A stretch of DNA of 64,000 nucleotides from Chloroflexota bacterium (GTDB lineage Bacteria > Chloroflexota > UBA11872 > VXOZ01). The notes beneath the pieces were generated by a model. The model was not told where the DNA came from, searched no databases, and saw nothing but the letters and a program-made list of their open reading frames with translations. Where the stretch lies: the NCBI GenBank assembly GCA_022824225.1, contig JAJEAH010000042.1, positions 2,216 to 66,215 on the forward strand, given 5' to 3'. Shown piece after piece: positions 19,911-29,852 of the stretch (positions are counted from its first letter, which is position 1; every line of letters begins with the position of its first letter). Both the position numbers and the translations under genes were made by a program.

Positions 19911-21167
19911 CTAGCCCACCGCCGCTGGCAGGCGCATGTCCGCCGCCACCGCGTTCATGCTCTCCTTGATGGCCGCGGCCACGTAGCGCAGGTCCTCATC
20001 GCTCATGAGCGGATGCACCGCGGGACAGAAGAGCCGCCGGCCGACCTCGGTGGAAACCGGCACGTCTTCCGGCCGGTGCCCCAGCTTCACCATGAAGCCG
20101 TGGTAGTCCGGCAGCGAGGCGTTCATGATCCAGGTGCCGACGCCGTGTTCGCCAATGAGGCGGTCCACCATCTTGTCGCGGGGCGCGCCGGTCCACTCCT
20201 CATCCAGCAGCAGCGTATAGCCGTACCACACGTGGTCGTAGCCTGCCGGCTCGATGGGCAAGGTGAAGCCGGGAATATCCTCGATTAGTGCGACGAAGTC
20301 GGCCACGCGCCGCCGCCGGGCCTCGTTCATCTCGTCCAGGCGCTTGAGTTGAATCGAACCGGCCACCGCTTGCAGCTTCGTCATGCGGAAGTTCGTGCCC
20401 CAGTTCTCCAGGGTATTGCCGAAAGCGCGCATGCTGTTCACGAACGCGGCGTAGTCGTCATCGTCCGTGGTGACCATGCCGCCTTCGCCCAGGGTCGTCA
20501 TGTTCTTGCTGGTCTGGAAGCTGAAGATATTCATGGCGCCGGCTTTGCCGACCTTGGTGCCCTGGTAGCCGGCGCCGGCGGCGCGGGCGGCGTCGCCCAG
20601 AACGGGCGCGGGACCGTGGACGGGGTGCGGATGCCGCTGGGCAACGTCTTCCAACGCATACATGTCGGCGGAAAGGCCGTTATTGTGCACCGCCAGGATA
20701 GCGCGGGTATTCGGCGTCATGCGGCGCTCGACGTCGTTGGGGTCGAGGTTGAAAGTTGCCGGATCGATCTCGGCCAGCACCACCTTGGCGCCGACGCCGA
20801 GCACGCAGAGCGACGTGGCCTTGAACGTGATGCCCGGCACGATCACCTCATCTTCAGGACCGAGTTGCAGGGCGTGTATGGCCGCGTCCAGGCCGGTGCC
20901 GCACGAGTTCACGGCAATGGCGTGCTTCACGTCGCAGTATTCGGCAAACTCCTGCTCGAACTGCGCGATCTCCGGGCCGTGAAAGCCGATGCGCCAGTCC
21001 ATGCTTTCCCGCAGGCTGGCGTTCAGGGCGTCCACTTCCGCCTCGGTGTACCAGCCGCCAAGAGTCGGAAACGGAAACTCGCGCTTGGCGTGCTGCAGCA
21101 GGTCTCGTTCGTCCTTGGTCAATTCCATCGGTAGCTCCTCAGCCATGGGTTCTTTGCCATTGAACAT
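19911..21167 (-). CDS. DegT/DnrJ/EryC1/StrS family PLP-dependent aminotransferase
   Basis: The fold-type I sugar aminotransferase pattern is present, including the PLP-lysine context NIFSFQTSKNM. The start was taken at MFNGKEP/MAEELP (21167 or 21146) rather than the long ORF start that overlaps the upstream gene. Confidence 0.8.
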   Translation of the reverse strand: MFNGKEPMAEELPMELTKDERDLLQHAKREFPFPTLGGWYTEAEVDALNASLRESMDWRIGFHGPEIAQFEQEFAEYCDVKHAIAVNSCGTGLDAAIHALQLGPEDEVIVPGITFKATSLCVLGVGAKVVLAEIDPATFNLDPNDVERRMTPNTRAILAVHNNGLSADMYALEDVAQRHPHPVHGPAPVLGDAARAAGAGYQGTKVGKAGAMNIFSFQTSKNMTTLGEGGMVTTDDDDYAAFVNSMRAFGNTLENWGTNFRMTKLQAVAGSIQLKRLDEMNEARRRRVADFVALIEDIPGFTLPIEPAGYDHVWYGYTLLLDEEWTGAPRDKMVDRLIGEHGVGTWIMNASLPDYHGFMVKLGHRPEDVPVSTEVGRRLFCPAVHPLMSDEDLRYVAAAIKESMNAVAADMRLPAAVG

Positions 21168-21204
21168 ACGTGCGTTTCTCGCGTAACCGGCTGTGACGAG
21201 TCTA

Positions 21205-22950
21205 TCACGTTTGCACGACGATCTGCCGTGTTTCCGGCCCGTTGCTGCTGATGGGAACGGGCACCAGCGCATAGGTCCAGCCATAGGCCTCCTGCAGTGA
21301 CACGTCCACGGACTCGCCGTCCACGGAGGCGCGCGGGGTCTCACCATTCTGCAGCGGGACCATCAGCGTAAAGCTGCCGCTGGGCGAACTGCCGGCGACT
21401 TGACACGAAAAGCTCCCATCGTCCCACGCGCTGTGAGCAACCTGCGCCCGGTCGCGGGCGCGCACGAAGTCGGCCCACTCGAAGGCGCTCCAGATGGGCA
21501 GCCCCAGTTCGTTGGCGTAGTCCCAGCACTGGTTCTGGTACGCGCCGCTGTAGGTGTAGAACGAGACCGGGTGCGAGAGCATGGTCAGCGGACTAAAGTA
21601 ACGTTCCTTCTTGTCCACCATCACCTGGCGCGTGCGTTTGGCCTCGCCCACGGGGTCCGACGAGAGCTTGGCCTTGACCGACGCGTCGTCGTAGGCCTGG
21701 GTCAACTGCTGGTAGACCTGGATGACGTCGCCGTCGGTATCCACGAACTTGCCGGGATGCCCGGAGCCGTTGGTGTATTGGAGCCACTGGTCGTGGATGC
21801 TGAGCACGTTGGTATCCAGCACTACCCCCACGTCCTCGTAGATGCGGGGCAAGTCCACGTAGCCCTTCCAGCCCAGGCAGTGGTTGCGGTTGGCAATCAC
21901 CGTATCACCGCCGTAGTGCTCCCGGAAGTAGTCGGTATCGCGCCGCACGATCTCTTCCATTACGGCGTCCTGTTCTTCATCGGCGTAGTGCGGGTCGAAG
22001 GCGTTGTGGTGGATGCCGAACGAGTGCCCGCGGGCGCGCCAGCCTGCCACCCGCTCCGGCGTGGCGATGGTGTATTTGGACGGGCCGAGCATCAGGTAGA
22101 TGGTGATATGGCCGTCGTGCGCCTCTACCGAATCCATGAGGGCCTCGAACGCTTCCAACGGCGAGTAGTCGTCGTCGGAATCCAGCACCACCATGCTCTT
22201 GGTGTCCGGCGTGTCGTAGTACCAAAGGCGCGGCTGCGGGTGTTTGGCAATGGCGTTGACGGCGTTGCCGAGCAGCATGGTGTGGATGTCCGCCTGGGGC
22301 AGATGCATGCGGCGCTTATCCAGGTGGCTGCTGTAGAACTCGTTGGGTCGGTAGGGATTCCCGAACCCCAGGGTGCGCCAGCCGTAGTGCACGGGGTTGC
22401 CCTGGCGAATCAAGGCGACGGCCTGGGCCAGGTCGTAGCCGAACGCCACCACCTGTCCTTTGCCCAAGGGGAAGTGCAGCGCCGCGGGGTACGACGTTTC
22501 CACCCCGGCGTCGGCGAACGTGCGCGCAATCTCCTGGGTGCCTTCCGGCAGTTGCAGCGGCTCGTAGTTGTCAACCGGTACGTGGGTCTGAACTGATTCA
22601 TGGGGCACGCCTGCGCTGATGGCATTGCCCGGCAGGGGCCGCACGTAGGCCGGATGCACAACCGTGGAGGTCGGCGCCAACCCCAGGGCCAGCGCCACCA
22701 GCCGCGAGGGCCGCAGGGCGATCAAGCGGCCGCCGGCCTTGACGTAGGCGGCGAGCCGGTCCACGTAGGCCCGGCGGGGCAGGCAGGGCGTGAGGATTAC
22801 CGCGTCGTACGCCTCCAGCCCCGCCAACGACTCCTGTCCGATGGGCCGCACGACCATGTCCGCAAAGCCCTCGGCTTTGAGCACGGCGGTGGTGTAGGCG
22901 CCGTAGGTGTTCGCGCGGTTGCCCGGCTGGGTGAGAATGAGCATGCCCAC
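21205..22950 (-). CDS. hypothetical two-domain protein (GATase1-like N-terminal region; His-rich deacetylase-like C-terminal region)
   Basis: 581 aa, immediately upstream of the DegT gene and probably co-transcribed. DSDDD and GHSFGIHHNAFD resemble CE4-like motifs. Tentative. Confidence 0.45.
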   Translation of the reverse strand: MGMLILTQPGNRANTYGAYTTAVLKAEGFADMVVRPIGQESLAGLEAYDAVILTPCLPRRAYVDRLAAYVKAGGRLIALRPSRLVALALGLAPTSTVVHPAYVRPLPGNAISAGVPHESVQTHVPVDNYEPLQLPEGTQEIARTFADAGVETSYPAALHFPLGKGQVVAFGYDLAQAVALIRQGNPVHYGWRTLGFGNPYRPNEFYSSHLDKRRMHLPQADIHTMLLGNAVNAIAKHPQPRLWYYDTPDTKSMVVLDSDDDYSPLEAFEALMDSVEAHDGHITIYLMLGPSKYTIATPERVAGWRARGHSFGIHHNAFDPHYADEEQDAVMEEIVRRDTDYFREHYGGDTVIANRNHCLGWKGYVDLPRIYEDVGVVLDTNVLSIHDQWLQYTNGSGHPGKFVDTDGDVIQVYQQLTQAYDDASVKAKLSSDPVGEAKRTRQVMVDKKERYFSPLTMLSHPVSFYTYSGAYQNQCWDYANELGLPIWSAFEWADFVRARDRAQVAHSAWDDGSFSCQVAGSSPSGSFTLMVPLQNGETPRASVDGESVDVSLQEAYGWTYALVPVPISSNGPETRQIVVQT

Positions 22951-23140
22951 GGTGGACTTCCTCCTGGGTGAAACGAACGGTCTTAAGTAGGGTCCTCAAT
23001 GGGAGTATAGCAGCTTCTCGCGCCTTGACTTGATGCGCCGGAAAGCCACTACACGCACGTCGCAGAGAGGTAGACACAATTGCGGGATACTAGTACCCTT
23101 TACGCGACGAGATTGAGAGCATCCAGAGGACGCGCATCGT

Positions 23141-24670
23141 ATGTTGACCACGTGGGTACTGATCGTCTTCTTGGCGTATTTCGCGGCGCTGATCGGCATT
23201 GCGGTCTTTCGCAGCCGTCAGATGCAGGAGATGTCGGACTACGTGCTGGCGGGCCGCAAGGTTGGCAGCTTCACCTCGGCGCTGAGTTCCAGCTCTTCCG
23301 CCACCAGCGGGTGGACGATGCTCGTCTTCCCCGCGTTGGCGTTCATGCATGGCGCCGTGGAGTTCTGGACGGTATTCAGCATCGTCCTGGGTCTGTGGCT
23401 GACGTGGACCATATACGCGAAGCGCTTGCGCCGGTACACGATCGCTGCGGATAACTCCCTCACCTTTCCGGAGTTCTTCGAAAAGCGGTTTGGGGATAGG
23501 CGGGGCGTGCTGCGCACGCTTTCCGCCGCGATTGCGCTCTTCTTCATCACCTTCTACATCAGTTCCGGTTTGATAGCCGGTTCCAAGCTGCTGAACACCG
23601 TTTTCGGCCTCGACGGCATCGTGGGCATACTGGTCACACTCGTCGCCGTGGCGTCCTACACGTTTATCGGCGGTTTCCTGGCCGTCTCACGCACCGACGT
23701 CTTCCAGGCCCTCATCATGTTGGCCGGCTTCATCATCTTGCCGGTTACGCTGCTCTTCCTCACCGCGGACCCGTTCCAGGGACTGGAAGACACCGCCCCC
23801 GGCTTTTGGAATCCGTTTACGGACGCCGCGGGCGACGGCATCACCGTAACGTTCGTGCTGACCACCATCGGCTGGGGCTTGGGCAGCTTTGGCTCGCTGC
23901 GCATCCTGCAGCGCTTCATGGCCGTGGAAAGCGAAGCGCGCATCCGTCCCAGCCGCGACATCGGCACGCTGTGGACGACTGTGATATTTGCGTTCGGGCT
24001 GCTCTTGGGACTGGTCGCCTTGCCGGCCCTTGGCGAAGTTGGGAGGCTGGATGAGGTAACCGCCGACCCGGAACGCCTCTATCTCGTCGCCGCCACGGTA
24101 TTCTTCCCGCCCGTCATCGCGGGCGTGTTATTGTCGGCGGTGATTGCCGCCGTGATGAGCACGGCGGACTCGCAGCTACTCCTGGCATCCGCCATGGCCA
24201 CGGACGACCTGCCGCTCATTCGGCGCTATGCCTACGCCAAGAGGTACGTGTACGTGCTCGGCGCTTTTGCGCGGGTGTGGCTGGGCCGCTTTCTGCTCGT
24301 CGTGGTGGGCATTGTCGCGGCGCTTCTGGCGATATTCAATCCGGATTCCGTATTCAATCTGGTGTCCTATGCCTGGGGCGGCATGGGGGCCGCCTTTGGC
24401 CCGCTCATCCTGCTGGCGCTCTACTGGCGCCGCTTCAACTTCTGGGGCGCGCTTGCTTCCATGCTCTCCGGCACGGTAGTTGCCTCGATCTGGGGCTACT
24501 TCTCCGGGGGGCCCGGCGGCGTGATGGACATCGAACCGGCCACACCCGGTTTCATCATTGCCCTCCCCATCGCCGTGGCCGTCACGCTCCTGACCCCGGC
24601 GCCGTCGGCGGTGATTACCGAGACGTTCGATGACGTTAACACCGGTTGGGCTGCTGCGCGTGAGGTCTAG
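23141..24670 (+). CDS. sodium:solute symporter family transporter (PutP-like)
   Basis: 509 aa with about 13 TM segments. The N-terminal region has the SSF-typical arrangement (DYVLAGRKVG, conserved Gly/Ser-rich TM2-3). Confidence 0.8.
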   Translation: MLTTWVLIVFLAYFAALIGIAVFRSRQMQEMSDYVLAGRKVGSFTSALSSSSSATSGWTMLVFPALAFMHGAVEFWTVFSIVLGLWLTWTIYAKRLRRYTIAADNSLTFPEFFEKRFGDRRGVLRTLSAAIALFFITFYISSGLIAGSKLLNTVFGLDGIVGILVTLVAVASYTFIGGFLAVSRTDVFQALIMLAGFIILPVTLLFLTADPFQGLEDTAPGFWNPFTDAAGDGITVTFVLTTIGWGLGSFGSLRILQRFMAVESEARIRPSRDIGTLWTTVIFAFGLLLGLVALPALGEVGRLDEVTADPERLYLVAATVFFPPVIAGVLLSAVIAAVMSTADSQLLLASAMATDDLPLIRRYAYAKRYVYVLGAFARVWLGRFLLVVVGIVAALLAIFNPDSVFNLVSYAWGGMGAAFGPLILLALYWRRFNFWGALASMLSGTVVASIWGYFSGGPGGVMDIEPATPGFIIALPIAVAVTLLTPAPSAVITETFDDVNTGWAAAREV

Positions 24671-24809
24671 CTCGCCGCGGGGTTGAGCGTGAGCATGGGC
24701 CAGAGACCCCCCGCGCTGCACAGCGGTCAGACGCCATCGCGACAGAATTACACCCGCCGCGCGGCGGGTGTGTGCAGTGCGCCGAGCGCTTTGGCCGGAT
24801 GCTTCGCTT

Positions 24810-25829
24810 TCAGCGCGCCTGCGACCGGATGAGCGGACCCTCTGCCAGCATCTGCGCAAGCTGCCCCGCCCGGTCAACGCGGCCGAAGTAGTTGCAGGGA
24901 ATGACCTCAAACGGTTCCAGGCGGCGCATGAGTTCATCCAGCAGCAGGTTCTGGCCGATGTTGTCGGTGGCGTAGTGGGGCAGGCGCACGATGGCAAGGC
25001 CGTGCTCGCGGCACGCCGCCACGGTTCCCGCTCCCGCCGAGACCTGCACCACCGTGTTCACACCCGCCTTGGCCAGCAGGGGATAGGCGCTGGGCGTATG
25101 CGCATAGCCGCCGGCGAACTTCGCGTGGATGCGGCCGGCGGGCTGCGCCGGGTCGCCGGTCATGATCTGGGGCGGCGCGCCAATGCGCGCGGCTTCCTGC
25201 ATCTCCGGGATCGTGAGCATGAGTTCGACGATGTCGCCGACGGTCTGCGGCTTTTCGCGTGCAAAGAGCGCGTTGATGAACTGGCGGTGGCCAAAGTCAA
25301 CCGGCGTATGAATGCACGCCAGCGGATAGCCGAGCAGCTTGGCCGTATCGGGCCCGATGCGGTGCATGTCTTCGTGCTCGCGCAAGCGCTCCGCCATGTC
25401 CGCGGCCACGCAGGCGCGCGCCTCGTCCTCCGGCACACCTTCCCAGATGAGGTAGTCGGCATTGATCTCCATGAAGTCGGCGACGAGTGAGGCGGAGATG
25501 CCCACGCTGTTCGTATGGTGGGAGATATACGCGTCGAAGGGCCTGCCCCTGGCGGCGAGTTGAATGCCCAACAACATTTCCTTTACGTGCATGTTGATGC
25601 CCACCAGCGCGGTGCGGATGGGCGTATCGTCCGGGCCGTTGGAAATGCGCACGTCGCCGTAGGGATTGCGGAAGCGTTCCCGGTCGTAGAGGGCTTGCTC
25701 CCACGCCGGCAGGGCGTCAAATTCGTTCCGGCGTTGCTGCAGTTGCCGGTCTACGGCCGCCTGACCTCTGGGGTCAAGCTCGCGGCCGATTTCGATGGAC
25801 GTTTCATACAAATCGCGTAAGGTTACCAT
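24810..25829 (-). CDS. Nif3-like (DUF34 / GTP cyclohydrolase 1 type 2 homolog) family protein, paralog 1 of 3
   Basis: Start taken at MVTLRDLYETSIEIG to match the paralogs. ISHHTN, ACIHTPVD and LPHYATDNIG resemble Nif3 HHP / AAHTNLD / GHxxxE motifs. Confidence 0.5.
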   Translation of the reverse strand: MVTLRDLYETSIEIGRELDPRGQAAVDRQLQQRRNEFDALPAWEQALYDRERFRNPYGDVRISNGPDDTPIRTALVGINMHVKEMLLGIQLAARGRPFDAYISHHTNSVGISASLVADFMEINADYLIWEGVPEDEARACVAADMAERLREHEDMHRIGPDTAKLLGYPLACIHTPVDFGHRQFINALFAREKPQTVGDIVELMLTIPEMQEAARIGAPPQIMTGDPAQPAGRIHAKFAGGYAHTPSAYPLLAKAGVNTVVQVSAGAGTVAACREHGLAIVRLPHYATDNIGQNLLLDELMRRLEPFEVIPCNYFGRVDRAGQLAQMLAEGPLIRSQAR

Positions 25830-25922
25830 GATCTTGCTGCCGGATGTGTCCTCTCGTACGAATACCGTTCGCGCTGAGCCCGTCGAAGCGCACAAGCAAC
25901 AAGTGCCCGCGCCACACAAGAC

Positions 25923-26894
25923 CTAGTTGCCGTTCCGCCGGATACGTTCGAAGTAGTTGCAGGGAATGACGTTCAGCGGGCCGAGGCGTTGTTCCACCTT
26001 ATCCAACAGCAGATTGAGGCCGACGTTATCGCACGCGCCGTGGGGCATGCGCACCCAGGCCATGCCGAGTTCTGCCGCCGCGCGCCGGTGCGCGGGGCTG
26101 CAGCCGATGGTGACGAACGTGCCGACACCGGCGTCCTTCAGCAGGGGGATCACCTCGGCGGGGAAGAGCCAGCCGCCGCCGTCCTGGTGGAAGATGCGGC
26201 CGGCGGGTTGGTCCGCGTCGCCGGCCATGATGCGGGGGATGGCGCCGATCTTCGCCGCGCCCTGAAACTCCGGCAGCGCCAGCAGCGCCTGTACCACGTC
26301 CCCCACCGTTTCCGCGTGCGCGGCCTCGATTGCGCCGCGCACGCCCTGTCCGTGGTGAAAGTCGGCGGGGGTATGGATGCAGGCCAGGGGGAATTCCAGC
26401 AACTGCGCCATGTCGATGCCGATGCGGTTGAAGTCCTCGGCGTACTGCCAGCGGTCGGCCATCATGGCCGCGACGTGGGGCTCGGCGTCGGCCCGGTCTA
26501 CCCCTGCGCCGGCCAGCAGATCGACGAGGTAGGGCACGGTATCATAGATGAGCGTATCCGCCGGCACCCCGATGCCGTTGGTATGGTGGGCGACCACGGC
26601 GTCGATGCGGGTGCCGCTGCCGCGCAGATTGTCGGCCAGCAGGAGTTCCTGCGTGCCGATGTTGACGCCCATGAGAATAGTCTCGAGTTCCGTATCTTCC
26701 GGACCGTTCACGATGCGCACGTCGCCGTACGGGTTGGTGAACCGCTCCCGGTCGTAATAGGGCTGGCGCCAGTCCGGCAACGCGGCGTACTCCTCCCGCC
26801 GCTGCGCCATCTGGCGGTCCAGGGCTTCGCGACCCCGTGGGTCTACTTCCTTACCGATCTCGATAGCGGTTTCATAGAGTTCGCGTAAGTTCAT
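25923..26894 (-). CDS. Nif3-like family protein, paralog 2 of 3
   Basis: 323 aa, collinear with the neighbours (MNLRELYETAIEIG, VAHHTNGIG, ACIHTPADF, MPHGACDNVG). Confidence 0.5.
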   Translation of the reverse strand: MNLRELYETAIEIGKEVDPRGREALDRQMAQRREEYAALPDWRQPYYDRERFTNPYGDVRIVNGPEDTELETILMGVNIGTQELLLADNLRGSGTRIDAVVAHHTNGIGVPADTLIYDTVPYLVDLLAGAGVDRADAEPHVAAMMADRWQYAEDFNRIGIDMAQLLEFPLACIHTPADFHHGQGVRGAIEAAHAETVGDVVQALLALPEFQGAAKIGAIPRIMAGDADQPAGRIFHQDGGGWLFPAEVIPLLKDAGVGTFVTIGCSPAHRRAAAELGMAWVRMPHGACDNVGLNLLLDKVEQRLGPLNVIPCNYFERIRRNGN

Positions 26895-27145
26895 GCGTTC
26901 GATTCCATGCTCGTTTCAGTTCGGCGTGCCTTGCTGCTCTCGCCACTCCCACCTGCTTTCGGCGCCACCGCCTGCCCTCGTCACTCCCGCTGTCCCTTGT
27001 CATGCCCGCCTTCTCGCGCCATTCCCGCTTTTTCCCGTCGCGCTAGTTTCATGGTAATGACGGATACTCCTCGCCCCTTTGGGTACTCATCGCCTCTACC
27101 GGTTGCGCTGTTCGTCTGCACTGTACTCAATTGCAATGTCAATGT

Positions 27146-28108
27146 CTAATTGCGCCTGATCCGCTCGAAGTAGTTGCAGGCAATGACGTTGAGCGGCCCC
27201 AGGCGGCGCTCCACTTCGTCAAGCAGCAGGTTGATGCCGATGTTGTCGCACGCCGCGTGGGCGATCCGCACGATGGAAACGCCCGCTTCCTGGGCCGCGC
27301 GGGCGTGGGCCGGCGAGCAGCCGATTTGCAGCACGGTGTTCACGCCCGCCTTGCCGAGCAGCGTATACGCATCCGGCGGCAGGATGTAGCCGCCGCCAAA
27401 CTTAAGCAGCATACGCCCGGCCGGCCAAGACTCGTCCCCGCTCATCACGCGCGGCTCGGCGCCGATGCGGGCCGAGCTCTGCACTTCGGGAATTTGCAGC
27501 AGCGCCTGCACGATCTCGCCCACGGTCTGCGGCTGGGCCGCTTCCACCACCGGGCGCACGCCCTCGCCGATGTAGTAGTCCGCGGGCGTGTGGATGCAGG
27601 CCAGCGGAAACTCCAGCAGCTTGGCCATGTCCGGCCCCATGCGCGCGGTATCCTCCAGGGACTGCGACTTTTCCTCGATGTACCGGTTGATGCACGTTTC
27701 CGCCTGAGCGCGGGGCACGCCCTCTTCCACCAGGAAATCGATGGCGACCGGCATGAAGTCGTGCACCAACGAGATCGCCACGCCGATGCCGGACGTATGG
27801 TGGGCAATCACCGCGTCGATCTGGGCGCCCTTGCTGCGCAGCCGGTCGGCGAGCAGCAGTTCGTCGATGCCGATGTTGATGCCCAGCAAGATGGTGTTCA
27901 GTTCCACGTCGTCCGGCCCGTTGACGATGCGCACGTCACCGTAAGGATTGCGGAAGCGTTCTTGGTCGTAGTAGGGCTGCTGCCACGCGGGCAAGGCGTC
28001 ATACTCCGCCCGCCGCTGGGCCATCTGCCGGTGGAGCGCAGCCTCGCCGCGCACGTCCAGTTCCATGCCGAGCTGTATCGACGTATCGTAGAGGTCCCGT
28101 AGTGTCAT
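27146..28108 (-). CDS. Nif3-like family protein, paralog 3 of 3
   Basis: 320 aa (MTLRDLYDTSIQLG, IAHHTSGIG, ACIHTPADY, IAHAACDNIG). Confidence 0.5.
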   Translation of the reverse strand: MTLRDLYDTSIQLGMELDVRGEAALHRQMAQRRAEYDALPAWQQPYYDQERFRNPYGDVRIVNGPDDVELNTILLGINIGIDELLLADRLRSKGAQIDAVIAHHTSGIGVAISLVHDFMPVAIDFLVEEGVPRAQAETCINRYIEEKSQSLEDTARMGPDMAKLLEFPLACIHTPADYYIGEGVRPVVEAAQPQTVGEIVQALLQIPEVQSSARIGAEPRVMSGDESWPAGRMLLKFGGGYILPPDAYTLLGKAGVNTVLQIGCSPAHARAAQEAGVSIVRIAHAACDNIGINLLLDEVERRLGPLNVIACNYFERIRRN

Positions 28109-28375
28109 ATTAGACGTTCCTCAGTATCCGCGTATGCGTTTGCGCTGAGTATAGCATACTCGCCGGGGCGCGCACCCGGCGGCTGCGGCGTGCTGCGATC
28201 AGGCGCGGGCTTGCGTACGCTCTCGCCGTTCACCGGCCCCGCCAATCCACGGGGTACGGCAGCAGGGCGCCGCCCAGCGACTTGGGGTGGGTTCCCCATC
28301 GCAACCGCGCGCACAGTATAATCGGACGCAGTGCCAGAGAATCTCAGACGCGCAGGCAGAAAGCTCACCGGAAGC

Positions 28376-29596
28376 ATGAACGCAGATACCGCATTCGACA
28401 TTGCCGTGGTTGGCGGCGGCATAGTTGGACTTTCCACGGCCCGCACCCTGGCTGAGCGCCATCCCGGCGCACGCATAGCACTACTCGAAAAAGAAGCCGA
28501 CGTCGCCCAACATCAGACCGGTCACAACAGCGGCGTGATCCACTCCGGCATCTACTACCGGCCGGGATCGCTGCGGGCGCGCATGGCGGTGGAGGGTTCC
28601 GCCCGCATGATGGCCTTTTGCGAGGAGCAGGACATTCCGTTCGACCGCTGCGGTAAAGTGATCGTGGCGACGCGGGAAGACCAGCTACCGGCGCTGGCGG
28701 AATTGGAGCGCCGGGCCGCGGCCAACGGCGTGCCGGGCGTGCGCATGGTCGGCCCGGAGGAGTTGGCCGATCTCGAGCCCCACGCTACCGGCATCCAGGC
28801 GCTCCACGTGCCCAGCGCCGGCATCGTCAACTATTCGCTCGTGGCACAGGCCTACCGCCAGCGCTTCGAACAGGCGGGCGGCGAGGTGCGCACGAATGCG
28901 AAGGTAATTGCCGTCGCGGAGGAACCGCGCGGCCTGCGCCTGGAAACCGTTCAAGGAGACGTGCGCAGCAAGCACGTGATCACGTGCGGCGGGCTCTTTG
29001 CCGACCGGGTCAGCGCCGCCGCCGGTCTGAAACCCCCGGTCAAGATCGCGCCGTTTCGCGGCGAATACTACGAACTCGTGCCCGAAAAGCGCTACTTGAC
29101 CCGCAATCTCATCTATCCAGTGGCCAATCCCGCGTTTCCGTTTCTGGGCGTGCACTTTACGCGGCGCATCAATGGCGCCATCGAAGTGGGGCCCAACGCC
29201 GTATTCGCCTTCAAGCGCCAGGGCTATCGCTGGCGCGACGTGAGTGTCGGCGACACGCTGGAGATTCTCGGCTACGCGGGATTCTGGCGCATGTCGGCGC
29301 GGTACTGGCGCACGGGCCTGGGGGAAATGTACCGCTCGCTCTACAAGCGGGCCATGGTGCGGGAATTGCAGAAGCTCGTGCCCGCGGTCACGGGCGCGGA
29401 CCTGGTGCGGGCGGGGGCCGGCGTGCGGGCGCAGGCCTTAGACCGGCAGGGCAAGCTCATCGAGGACTTCCACATCGTGCGGGAAGCCCGTGTCATCCAC
29501 GTGCTCAACGCGCCCTCACCGGCGGCAACGGCTTCGTTGAGCATAGGCGCGGCCATCGCGGACATGGCGGCGGGCTGGGTGGCGGCCGGCGCGTGA
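28376..29596 (+). CDS. lhgO: FAD-dependent oxidoreductase, L-2-hydroxyglutarate oxidase-like
   Basis: N-terminal DIAVVGGGIVGLSTA (GxGxxG FAD motif) and overall collinearity with the LhgO/YgaF family. Start chosen at MNADTAFD. Confidence 0.65.
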   Translation: MNADTAFDIAVVGGGIVGLSTARTLAERHPGARIALLEKEADVAQHQTGHNSGVIHSGIYYRPGSLRARMAVEGSARMMAFCEEQDIPFDRCGKVIVATREDQLPALAELERRAAANGVPGVRMVGPEELADLEPHATGIQALHVPSAGIVNYSLVAQAYRQRFEQAGGEVRTNAKVIAVAEEPRGLRLETVQGDVRSKHVITCGGLFADRVSAAAGLKPPVKIAPFRGEYYELVPEKRYLTRNLIYPVANPAFPFLGVHFTRRINGAIEVGPNAVFAFKRQGYRWRDVSVGDTLEILGYAGFWRMSARYWRTGLGEMYRSLYKRAMVRELQKLVPAVTGADLVRAGAGVRAQALDRQGKLIEDFHIVREARVIHVLNAPSPAATASLSIGAAIADMAAGWVAAGA

Positions 29597-29852
29597 GCCG
29601 GGCCGGACGCCGCCGCTTGGGGGCCCCGGTGTCGCGCCGGGGCGCAGCGCGCGTACCGGTTCCCGGCGTAGCGGAATCCGCGGCAACACGTTGCCGCCGC
29701 AACGGGGAAAGCGGTATACTGTCTTGAGCAGCAGCAGAGCCTGCACTGTGTTCCCACGTTGTGAGTTCATGGTGAGGGCCCAAAGCAACGAATGTAGCAG
29801 CAAAGAACCTGGCCGCACAGAGGTCTAGGGGTGCAGAAGGGGTCGCGATCGC

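Noticed and set aside
24810-28108. Alternative assignment of the triplicated genes to the LamB/YcsF (5-oxoprolinase subunit A) family
   Set aside because: LamB/YcsF signature blocks (DLNADLGE, CGFHAGD, TLCVHGD) are absent, whereas HHT / HTPxD / GD...H-type blocks fit Nif3/DUF34 better. The family call still carries only moderate confidence.
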